A stretch of 20,000 nucleotides of DNA, taken from an uncultured virus (IMG/VR IMGVR_UViG_3300009838_000020) (Duplodnaviria; Heunggongvirae; Uroviricota; Caudoviricetes). Below, piece by piece: positions 1 to 7,693 of the stretch (position 1 is its first letter; each line of letters begins with the position of its first letter). The stretch lies in IMG/VR virus record IMGVR_UViG_3300009838_000020. One strand, 5' to 3'. The translations under genes and the position numbers were made by a program. Under the pieces are notes generated by a model, which was given only the letters and a program-made list of their open reading frames with translations, did not search any database and was not told the origin of the DNA.

Positions 1-1049
1 TCAAAAGACAATTTACAAGACTCATTATAGTCTTTTACTGGCACTGAAATTGCTGTATTAACTGAATTATCACTTCCTAGTCTAACTGCTGAAATTCTGA
101 CTTGTATTCCGTATTTTTCTATGGTACTTGCTATCAAATAGGCTGGCATTAAATACAAAGCTCGGTTGCCGTCACCTATAGTTAAAAAATTAACTGGAAA
201 AAAAATATCAACATGCTTTACGCTGTCTTTCTTTTTTTCATAAAGTAAATAACTTTTTTTGTTACTAGAGGCGTATTTGAGTTTTACATTATTTTGCCCA
301 TTGAAAATTTTGCTAGGGTTTGCTGTTTCATAAGTGACCTCTATACCGTCGCTGTTTTCTTTTAAAAAACACTTGTCTGGGTACGTTTCATGTACCTTAG
401 TAGCTCCTTTTTGTCTGCGGACGCAAGAAAAAGTTCTATTGTCTACTGACACATTATAAACCCTGTTGCTTCCGACCATTACCAAGTTTACTTTTTCTGG
501 GTCTGCTACTCCATCTGGGCTTTCAAGATAAAAAAAAGGATTTTTTGTATTGCTATTTTTTATGTAATCTTTAAGTTCTTGTGAGAAAAATTCAACTGGT
601 CTAAACAAGCCCTGACTAGCCAAAGAAAAGTCAAAAACTCCTCTTTTGTCTTCGGTAATTTTAATGCGGTCGTTTTTATATAAACCTCCTAAATTTACTA
701 TAGCTTCTAAGTTTTCTACAATTTTGCCTGTTGTTTTTTTAATTTTTGTAAAATTTGCAGTACTAGAATTAACACTGTCCAAAAAAGCGTTTAAATTGGT
801 AAAATTTGAACCAGACACAAAACTTAGAGCACTTGTCGCATAACTTGGTATTTTATTTTGACTCCTTAGCTCTTGTACTAGATTGTATGCATCTTCTAGT
901 GATTTATACTGCTTAAAAACAAAGCCGTTACTGAACATGTACGAAAAAGTGTTTTGACCGCCTGTAATACTATTTTGCGACAAATTATTCACGTACATAG
1001 AAAAATCACGTGGCGGTAATGCTTTTATTAGCTCAAAAATGTTGTTCAT
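1..1049 (-). CDS. Partial CDS (>=349 aa, 3' end outside window); probable vWA/CobT-like partner of the upstream MoxR-type AAA+ ATPase
   Basis: Missing from the ORF track. Manual translation from ATG 1049 (3 nt after the ATPase stop) is open to the window edge: MNNIFELIKALPPRDF...GVFDFSLASQGLFRP...KHVDIFFPVNF...AYLIASTIEKYGIQVRISAV...ISVPVKDYNE. The helix-'EKYG'-strand-'PVKD' pattern resembles degenerate vWA partners of phage CobS/CbbQ-like ATPases. No DxSxS MIDAS motif is seen. The ORF is solid; the function is tentative. Confidence 0.6.
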   Translation of the reverse strand, partial: MNNIFELIKALPPRDFSMYVNNLSQNSITGGQNTFSYMFSNGFVFKQYKSLEDAYNLVQELRSQNKIPSYATSALSFVSGSNFTNLNAFLDSVNSSTANFTKIKKTTGKIVENLEAIVNLGGLYKNDRIKITEDKRGVFDFSLASQGLFRPVEFFSQELKDYIKNSNTKNPFFYLESPDGVADPEKVNLVMVGSNRVYNVSVDNRTFSCVRRQKGATKVHETYPDKCFLKENSDGIEVTYETANPSKIFNGQNNVKLKYASSNKKSYLLYEKKKDSVKHVDIFFPVNFLTIGDGNRALYLMPAYLIASTIEKYGIQVRISAVRLGSDNSVNTAISVPVKDYNESCKLSF

Positions 1050-1052
1050 TTT

Positions 1053-2411
1053 TTAATTTTTTGGCAACATGTTTTCAATTTCATCTAACTCTTCTGGTGT
1101 GTTGATTTCGTCGATTGGTAATTTGTCTTTTGTTTTCACAATAGAAAGCCATCCGTCGTAATCTGTTTTTGATTTTAATATATCCGCTTGCTCTGGTGTA
1201 AATAAACTAAAAAATTCATCTAACGAGTCTTTTACCCTTTTTACAGTATCAGACTCCATGATAGCAATAACCTCAGAATATAATGCTGGGGTAAAAGAAA
1301 CATCTTCGTTTGGTAACGGTACAACTTTTGTGTTTTTACCAGCATTTTGACGAATCATTTTTGAAACATACCATGTTTTTTGAACCGACTGCATTAAACG
1401 TATAGAAACAAAAGCTTTTGCTGTAAAGCCCTCATCTACAATTGCTTTTCTTAGTTTGTTTAGATACAAGTAAATAAAAGCCCATCTTTGTCTTAATATG
1501 CCCTCCCACTCAAATCTTTCGTCCACAAATACTTTGTAGGTTGAGCCAGCAAAACGGTCTTGTAATGATAAATCCTGCTTAAAGTTGGCTTCATACTCGG
1601 CATCTTTTGTGTTTAGCAAAGAGTTACCCGTTGCTAGAACAAAAAAGTCACCTCTGCTAAATTTTTGACCTCTGGCATTTGTTACTTTTGCGGGCATGTT
1701 GTCGCTGTCATATTCCCCTGCTTTTGCCAAAATTGAGTTTAATAAACCTGCGGTATTTGGGTCTATTTTTGGTAATTCATCTAACAACAAAATACATCCT
1801 CTGTTTGTTGGTTGCCCGAATTCATCTAAGTTAGCATAAGCTCTAATCGCTTTACCTTCTTGATAGCCGTCAATTGTTTGACCGCCTTGTATTTCAAGCT
1901 GTGATGTAAATTGGTTACAGTTAATTTCGATTAAATCCCAGTCTAAAAATTTAGCCAGTGTGCCAGCTAAATAGGTTTTCCCTGTACCTGCTCCTCCGTA
2001 TAGATAAACATTGTTCCTTGCCAATAAGTCACTTAATACTTTTTGTATAAGCGGTCTTTTCATTTCGGGTTTTACGGTTAGATTTTTCTTGACTACAACT
2101 CCAGAAGCTTGCTGAATGTTCAAAGTCATTACGGCTGGCTGATTTGATAGCATTTTTTTCACACTGCTATCTAAGTTGTCAATTGAAATTTTTTCGTCTT
2201 CAATTAAATCTCTGACTATTTTTTTAACTTCATTTTCGTCCAAATTGTTGGTTTTTTTTGAAGCTAACAACTGACTAAGTTGTATCATTTTCTGTGCAAC
2301 TTCGTCTCCTTGAAATTCTGTTGCTAGTCTTTTTTTTGCCAACTCAACAACTTTCTGATTGCTACTTGTGTTTATGGTCTCTAACAGCTGTTCTTTTGTT
2401 ACTGTATTCAT
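1053..2411 (-). CDS. MoxR/CbbQ/CobS-like AAA+ ATPase (AAA_5 type) with helical N-terminal extension
   Basis: Walker A GGAGTGKT, Walker B ILLLDE, sensor-1 strand FFVLATGN, arginine-finger region QDLSLQDRF, sensor-2-like VSIR. Confidence 0.88.
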   Translation of the reverse strand: MNTVTKEQLLETINTSSNQKVVELAKKRLATEFQGDEVAQKMIQLSQLLASKKTNNLDENEVKKIVRDLIEDEKISIDNLDSSVKKMLSNQPAVMTLNIQQASGVVVKKNLTVKPEMKRPLIQKVLSDLLARNNVYLYGGAGTGKTYLAGTLAKFLDWDLIEINCNQFTSQLEIQGGQTIDGYQEGKAIRAYANLDEFGQPTNRGCILLLDELPKIDPNTAGLLNSILAKAGEYDSDNMPAKVTNARGQKFSRGDFFVLATGNSLLNTKDAEYEANFKQDLSLQDRFAGSTYKVFVDERFEWEGILRQRWAFIYLYLNKLRKAIVDEGFTAKAFVSIRLMQSVQKTWYVSKMIRQNAGKNTKVVPLPNEDVSFTPALYSEVIAIMESDTVKRVKDSLDEFFSLFTPEQADILKSKTDYDGWLSIVKTKDKLPIDEINTPEELDEIENMLPKN

Positions 2412-2413
2412 GG

Positions 2414-3118
2414 TTAATCAAAAATTAAATTTAACACGTTGTTTATTCTTTCGGAATTCCTGTCTTCAAATATTTGTGCTCTGCCAATGGCTATTTTTGC
2501 TAGTGTTTTTGTTTTAAATGTTTTAATAATGTTTGGCGTATTAGCACCTAAAAACACTTCTACAGCAACTATGTCTGTGTCTGGAACAAAGCTTGTGTCA
2601 GATTTTGCTTTATCAAAATCTTCAATAGATTTTCTTAACAATTCATCAAAATCTACAGCTTCATCATCGTCTCCAAAACTATCAGCTCCTTCACCCTCAC
2701 CTTCGCCTTCTCCTTCTCCTTTGTCGTCATCGCTATCGTCGGTATTCGTGCCGTCATCTGGCTTGCCTTCATTATCGTCCTCGTCGTCGGGCGAATTTAT
2801 ACCTCCTTCGGTTTTTCCGTTATCGTTATTTTCGTCTTCACCGTCGCTTTTGTCGTCCTTACCATCATTGTCCTCTCCTTCGCCTTTGTCTGGCTCAGGA
2901 TTGTTGTTTTTGTTTTCGTCTTTACCTTCGTTGTCTTTTGACTCTTTGTCTTTGTCAAAAGGGTCTTCTACATTGTCGGGCACTTTGTCTGGTGGTGGTG
3001 GTGGTGGAAAGCCACCTCCTTCTGGCGGAGTGTCGTTTGGCTCATTAACCCTTAATATTATGATTTTGTCTCTTTTGAGGTTGTATGTTGTTTTTCCTTT
3101 TTCCATTTTATAAATCAT
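2414..3118 (-). CDS. Hypothetical protein with poly-Pro tract and long acidic low-complexity region
   Basis: 234-aa ORF (alternative ATG at 3106) that fits tightly between its neighbours. PPEGGGFPPPPPP is followed by a D/E/G/N/K-rich stretch including GEGEGEGEGEG, then a short ordered-looking C-terminus. Confidence 0.75.
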   Translation of the reverse strand: MIYKMEKGKTTYNLKRDKIIILRVNEPNDTPPEGGGFPPPPPPDKVPDNVEDPFDKDKESKDNEGKDENKNNNPEPDKGEGEDNDGKDDKSDGEDENNDNGKTEGGINSPDDEDDNEGKPDDGTNTDDSDDDKGEGEGEGEGEGADSFGDDDEAVDFDELLRKSIEDFDKAKSDTSFVPDTDIVAVEVFLGANTPNIIKTFKTKTLAKIAIGRAQIFEDRNSERINNVLNLIFD

Positions 3119-3626
3119 TAATGTTAACGTTCATTCTACCTGCGTTTCTTTTTGCTTTAAGAATATCCATAGCTTCTTTTTTTGACAGTTCTACAACAAC
3201 AACATCTTCGGTGTCGGGGTCGGCATCAACAACTCTTCCAAACTTATTGCCAATACGCACGATGTCGTTTGGCTCTGGTAGCTCTTGAAACGTTTTTGGT
3301 GGTTCTGGAGGTGTTGGTTGCGGTGTTGTTTGTTGTGGTGGAGTCTCTTTTAATTGCTTAAATATCTCCTCTTCAAAAAACTCAATAGCGTCTTCAAAAT
3401 TTTCTTTTAAATCTTTCGATTTGTTGAATTTTTTGTAAATCACATATTGCCCGTCAACCTCTTTGTATACAATATAAGGTTTATTTTGATTGTTTTCGTT
3501 GATAGTGTACTCAACTTCAATCACCATTCCGCTAGTTACGTGCGTTAGCCTTAACACATAAGTGTTTGGCTTGTTTGCAACTGGTGTGTTTGACTCTTTT
3601 AAAGTCCCTGATTTATATACAAACAT
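3108..3626 (-). CDS. Hypothetical two-domain protein with Pro/Gln/Thr linker and possible KOW/SH3-like C-terminal domain
   Basis: 172-aa ORF overlapping the upstream stop by 14 nt. Linker TPPQQTTPQPTPPEPP; C-terminal PEPNDIVRIGNKFGRVVDAD resembles a KOW/SH3-like barrel (tentative). Confidence 0.7.
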   Translation of the reverse strand: MFVYKSGTLKESNTPVANKPNTYVLRLTHVTSGMVIEVEYTINENNQNKPYIVYKEVDGQYVIYKKFNKSKDLKENFEDAIEFFEEEIFKQLKETPPQQTTPQPTPPEPPKTFQELPEPNDIVRIGNKFGRVVDADPDTEDVVVVELSKKEAMDILKAKRNAGRMNVNINDL

Positions 3627-6600
3627 ATCCTCCGTTTTTAAATCTTATGTCATTGAAAAATTTGAAATAAAACGATTTTTTAGCCAACACGCTTTTTACT
3701 TGGTTGGGGTAAAAAGTTAAAAACTCGCTTTCTACCATCCACGCTGTTCGGTCTTGATTCATTGTGCCATCTGCATTAAATGTTGGCACATCACCTTCTT
3801 GAAACAGTGCGTCATATCCGTAATTTTTCATCGTTTCAATTAATTCCGTATCGTTTCTTATAATGTTCCAAAACGGCATGTCCCTGTTCGGGTCTCCGCC
3901 TATTGCATTTAAAACGCTTGGGTTGTAATCTATAATTATACCGTAAGCGACTGCTAAATAATCTTTTAGGTCTTTATATGTACCCCTAAAGCCCAAAGGT
4001 AAAAAAGAAACTGGATTTTTCACATTTAAAAAGACTTTATATATGAACGGACTGTAATCCGCACTTGGGGTTGGTTGATTTTCAGATATACCTGCATAAA
4101 ATTTAGCATATTCTAAATTGTCTGTAAAAAACGAAGCTGGATATGCTGGTGGCTCAAAAGAACCATAAGGTCTTTTTATACCACTTCCAGTGTTTAGCAT
4201 TTGAGAGCCCTCTACATATTGTCTAACTCCATGATAATATATCTGTGGCTCTTTTGTTTCTTCGTCAATCATTACAGAGCAATTTAGATAGTTGCCTGTT
4301 TCGTATGCTTTTTCCCAGTCGCCAAACCAGTTTTTAAAATGCGGTGTCCGAACGTTTAAATACGCACCAATAGGTAATTTACTTTTTTCGCCATTTGGTG
4401 TTGGTAAACCGCACGGCTCGTCAAGTTCCGCAACTGGACTCTGTCTTGCTTGCTGAAAATAATAATGCAATAAATTCTGTGGCGTAAAGAAAGATGTGGC
4501 ATTATCTGTTTGATACGCATCGGACAGTATGCTTTTTTCTTTCTTCTCGACCAGCGTACCCAACTCTTTTAATAGAATAGCACGCTCTATTGAATTACTT
4601 GCCCCTTGAAAAAATGGCAACATTTCTATCAATGCTTTGATGTCTTTATCTAGCTTGCCCTCATCGGTGAATTCTTGTGGCAAAGTTCTAATGTCTGCAA
4701 CATTTTTTTCGTATTGCTCGGCATCAATTCTAGCTTGTTTATCTTCATCGCTTTCTGGAGCGTTAGTGCTTTGTGGTGCTACAGTCTGCCCTCTAAACCA
4801 CGATAGCAAATCATATTTTTCTATCAGTTTTTTATAGTTTTCTTCGTCGTGAAAAGCAATGCTTTTTTCAAATTTTTCTGTCTCAAAAAAATCGATGTTA
4901 ATTTCTCTTGGCTGGTTTGGAAGATGGTCAACAATTACAAAAGTCCATTTCGGTTTTACGTCGTTGAACTCAAAAGAAACTACAACATCGCCCATGCTTG
5001 ATTCGTGAGAATAAACAACCGCTTTTTTAAATGAAATCCAGCTTGTAAATCTTTTGTCTTTTACTTTTTCAAAAAATTCATTATTACTTGCTTCTGTAAT
5101 CTCAATACTAAAAATTGGTAATTTAGTATTTTGATTACTGGCTGTTTTTGGAGAATTAAACCATGTTCCAAAAGAATAGTCTGTATTAAGCTTTTCAAAC
5201 AATTTTTCGTTGTTTTCAGCCATGCTTAAACCAAAATTTGAAGGCGTAATTTCGTCAAACGGAATTTCTTTAGCCGTAGCGGTTCTTAACCATTTGTTGT
5301 AAAAATCTACCCAAATCGTGTCATTATCGAGATTATTAAAAAAAACACGCACACTTAACGTTTCAATACTTGGGTTTTCTTCCTGAAATTCTAAAATTGC
5401 TAATTTAAAGTCTTCAAAAGAGTAGTATTTTCTACCTCTATACTTTTGGTCAAAATAACTGCTAAACCAACCATCTATTGTCAAAAACTCTATTTTTGGC
5501 AAGCTGGTTGCTTTGCTTGTATTGGTTGACGCAATAGAGGTTACTGGAGTAGCGGTGTCAAAAATAAAGTCTTCAACATTTGTTTCAACAAATAAATCGT
5601 CGGCATTGTTTAAAACCCCTAAATTAATTAAAAAGTCGGCAGGCGTAAAACTACGTAACAACAACGCTCTCTTTGTGGTTGTGTAATCATCTACAAATTT
5701 TAGATAATAAACCAAAGCAAAAGGAGCAAATTGGACTTTTAGCGAAAACTCATCTATAGTATTTGACGTAATTTGTTTTGCGTTTGCGTTTTCTACGTAT
5801 GATATTAGCCAAGCTTTTAATTCTTCAAAGTTTTTGACTGTCAGTCCGACGTTGACGCTATCTGAAATAGTCGATTTATCTTTAGCAATAACGTTGTGCA
5901 ACGATATTATATTTATCTTTTCAATCTGAATTTTATTTGTGGATGGTGGTGCTGTTACTGCTGTTGCACTAGATTTTTTTGCTACTGATTTCTTTGTTTT
6001 TGGCTGTTTTTGATTTAAAAAATCCTCCACGTCCGTCTCCTCAGTAAGTTTTCTCCATCCACTTTGTCTTTTGGTCATTCTTATTACGTCAACACCTTTA
6101 AATGTTTCTGGATTAACTCTTTGAACTGTGTTTTTACTCCCTCTAGTTACGTTAAGCAAAAAAACGTTGGGTCTTGGTGGAAAAGAAAAGTAAAGATATG
6201 CACCTCTTATGATTTGGTTTTTTTCGTAAATTTCATTAATCGCTTCTTTAAGGTCGTCCAAAGTATTATATGTGTTGCCAGCCAAATCTGATAATGAATA
6301 ACTTGCCGTTGAAATTTTAATTCCAGTTATTGCTTCTTTAGTTACGCCACCATCTTCAAAAGCTTGTGTTATTTCATCGTCAGTAACCTCACTTGCAATT
6401 GCTTCTAAGTCTTCGTTTTCAATTAACTTTACAACTCCAAAATGTAGGTTTTCTGGAAACTCTTCCAGTTCAAACCATCCGTAATCAGTGTTTTCCCAGT
6501 TTAATTTTGGCACGAACTCTTCATCGACAAAAGCAATAAAATTATAAAACGTAAATTGTCCCGATTTAAAAACATAAGAAGGCTGTAATGTTTCTAATTG

Positions 6601-7296
6601 ATACCCAGTCTCTTCTTCTGCTTCTCTGACAACCGCCTCTATAACGCTAGTTTCACCTTCGTCCATCTTTCCGCTAATGATTCCCCATGTGTTTGGTTCG
6701 TAGACGTGCTTACTTCTTTTTAGTAATAGAAATCTTTTTGTTGATATGCAAAAAACCAATACACCGCCAGCAACACTACCCCAAAAGGTAGAAGGCACTC
6801 CTCCTTTTTCAAAAAGTTGTGCCATTTGCTCTGCTGAAATCTCACCACCTTTTTCATGGTCACAACCGCAGTCTTTTATCTGGTTAATAATCTCGTAATC
6901 GGTCATTGTTTTTCCTCCATACTCATAGCTGTTGCCGTAAAAATATATTTCACTCGGCACTTCTCCTCCTTCTGCAAAAGATACTCCACCGCCTTTTGAA
7001 TTAATTCTGGATAATATTTCTCGGTTTGTAAGCATTTCTCCTTCAAACATTCTTCGTTGTTGGTCTGCAACTGCTGGAGCTGTAATGACAACTTCGCCTC
7101 CTTGCATTTCTAAAGGCTGTCCAGTAGATTTATTAACAGCTTTTATACCGTTTTCGTCGTGTAATCTACCGACTAAATATCCTCCAGCTGTTCCTTTGTC
7201 GTGTACGATTGTTTGCCCCTTTCTTTTACCGACTAAAACACCTCCAGCTTGGGTTGCTTTTGCTTTCTCTTCTGTAATATTTATTTGTTTTGCCAT
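3613..7296 (-). CDS. Large polyvalent protein: Gly-rich N-terminal motif, Nudix hydrolase, four diverged tandem domains, C-terminal ADP-ribosyltransferase (ART-PolyVal-like)
   Basis: Nudix box GKMDEGETSVIEAVVREAEEETGY (6601-6672). C-terminal PNGEKSKL...VRTPHFKNWFGDWE...EPQIYYHG...FFTDNLEYAKFYA...VFLNVKNP...GYDALF...ESEFLTFYPNQVKS matches the motif order of ARTs in phage/plasmid polyvalent proteins. Confidence 0.82.
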   Translation of the reverse strand: MAKQINITEEKAKATQAGGVLVGKRKGQTIVHDKGTAGGYLVGRLHDENGIKAVNKSTGQPLEMQGGEVVITAPAVADQQRRMFEGEMLTNREILSRINSKGGGVSFAEGGEVPSEIYFYGNSYEYGGKTMTDYEIINQIKDCGCDHEKGGEISAEQMAQLFEKGGVPSTFWGSVAGGVLVFCISTKRFLLLKRSKHVYEPNTWGIISGKMDEGETSVIEAVVREAEEETGYQLETLQPSYVFKSGQFTFYNFIAFVDEEFVPKLNWENTDYGWFELEEFPENLHFGVVKLIENEDLEAIASEVTDDEITQAFEDGGVTKEAITGIKISTASYSLSDLAGNTYNTLDDLKEAINEIYEKNQIIRGAYLYFSFPPRPNVFLLNVTRGSKNTVQRVNPETFKGVDVIRMTKRQSGWRKLTEETDVEDFLNQKQPKTKKSVAKKSSATAVTAPPSTNKIQIEKINIISLHNVIAKDKSTISDSVNVGLTVKNFEELKAWLISYVENANAKQITSNTIDEFSLKVQFAPFALVYYLKFVDDYTTTKRALLLRSFTPADFLINLGVLNNADDLFVETNVEDFIFDTATPVTSIASTNTSKATSLPKIEFLTIDGWFSSYFDQKYRGRKYYSFEDFKLAILEFQEENPSIETLSVRVFFNNLDNDTIWVDFYNKWLRTATAKEIPFDEITPSNFGLSMAENNEKLFEKLNTDYSFGTWFNSPKTASNQNTKLPIFSIEITEASNNEFFEKVKDKRFTSWISFKKAVVYSHESSMGDVVVSFEFNDVKPKWTFVIVDHLPNQPREINIDFFETEKFEKSIAFHDEENYKKLIEKYDLLSWFRGQTVAPQSTNAPESDEDKQARIDAEQYEKNVADIRTLPQEFTDEGKLDKDIKALIEMLPFFQGASNSIERAILLKELGTLVEKKEKSILSDAYQTDNATSFFTPQNLLHYYFQQARQSPVAELDEPCGLPTPNGEKSKLPIGAYLNVRTPHFKNWFGDWEKAYETGNYLNCSVMIDEETKEPQIYYHGVRQYVEGSQMLNTGSGIKRPYGSFEPPAYPASFFTDNLEYAKFYAGISENQPTPSADYSPFIYKVFLNVKNPVSFLPLGFRGTYKDLKDYLAVAYGIIIDYNPSVLNAIGGDPNRDMPFWNIIRNDTELIETMKNYGYDALFQEGDVPTFNADGTMNQDRTAWMVESEFLTFYPNQVKSVLAKKSFYFKFFNDIRFKNGGYVCI

Positions 7297-7514
7297 TATT
7301 TTATGTATTTTGTCAGTGTTCCAACTAAATATCCTGCAATAATTGAAGTCCCTATCATTTTTAATAATTCGTGCTTTTCTGGAAAATGGAATTTAAAAGA
7401 TTTATCATCCGACCCATTTTGCTTACCGTAAGAGTAATGAATTATGTTTTCTGTCATGTTTGTTATAAACACAATTGCACCTGTAGTTAATGCGAGCCTT
7501 TGGTGTGGTTTCAT
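7296..7514 (-). CDS. Small putative membrane protein (two hydrophobic segments)
   Basis: 72 aa with hydrophobic stretches LALTTGAIVFIT and MIGTSIIAGYLVGTL. Its stop overlaps the polyvalent-protein start as TAATG. Confidence 0.7.
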   Translation of the reverse strand: MKPHQRLALTTGAIVFITNMTENIIHYSYGKQNGSDDKSFKFHFPEKHELLKMIGTSIIAGYLVGTLTKYIK

Positions 7515-7533
7515 TTAGCAATACTTTAATTAT

Positions 7534-7541
7534 CAAAAGTA
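7534..7541 (-). promoter_or_regulatory. Putative Bacteroidota sigma70 -7 element (TACTTTTG) for the polyvalent-protein operon
   Basis: Matches TAnnTTTG about 20 nt upstream of ATG 7514; no clear -33 TTTG at normal spacing. Confidence 0.45.
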
Positions 7542-7602
7542 CTATTTTTTCAAATAACTAACATTTTTTTGTTTAAAAAAAGAAAGTAAATGAAAAATTC
7601 TT

Positions 7603-7610
7603 TATATTTG
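7603..7610 (+). promoter_or_regulatory. Putative plus-strand -7 element (TATATTTG)
   Basis: Same octamer as the promoters at 18283 and 19282, but on the opposite strand and pointing at the 7666-7693 hairpin; no clear -33. Confidence 0.35.
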
Positions 7611-7665
7611 TTGTGCATAGGTTTTTAATTAGATTAATGTATTTTGAAAGGCATTTTTTGACACG

Positions 7666-7693
7666 AAAAAACCCTCTTTTGAGGGTTTTTTTT
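7666..7693. terminator. Bidirectional intrinsic terminator
   Basis: AAAAAA-CCCTC-TTTT-GAGGG-TTTTTTTT immediately after the GT4 stop codon; U tract available on both strands. Confidence 0.8.

Noticed and set aside
1053..2411. Cobalamin synthesis gene cobS
   Set aside because: Only family-level AAA+ similarity; no cobalamin genes nearby, and phage CobS-like ATPases are not shown to act as chelatase subunits.
2439..3113. 224-aa Ser/Leu-rich plus-strand ORF
   Set aside because: Antisense shadow of the acidic low-complexity gene (GAC/GAA/GAT codons read as Ser/Phe/Leu); no independent expression signals.
7550..7618. 22-codon minus-strand ORF (MHNKYKEFFIYFLFLNKKMLVI)
   Set aside because: Very short, low complexity and directly downstream of a terminator; it cannot be supported as a gene.
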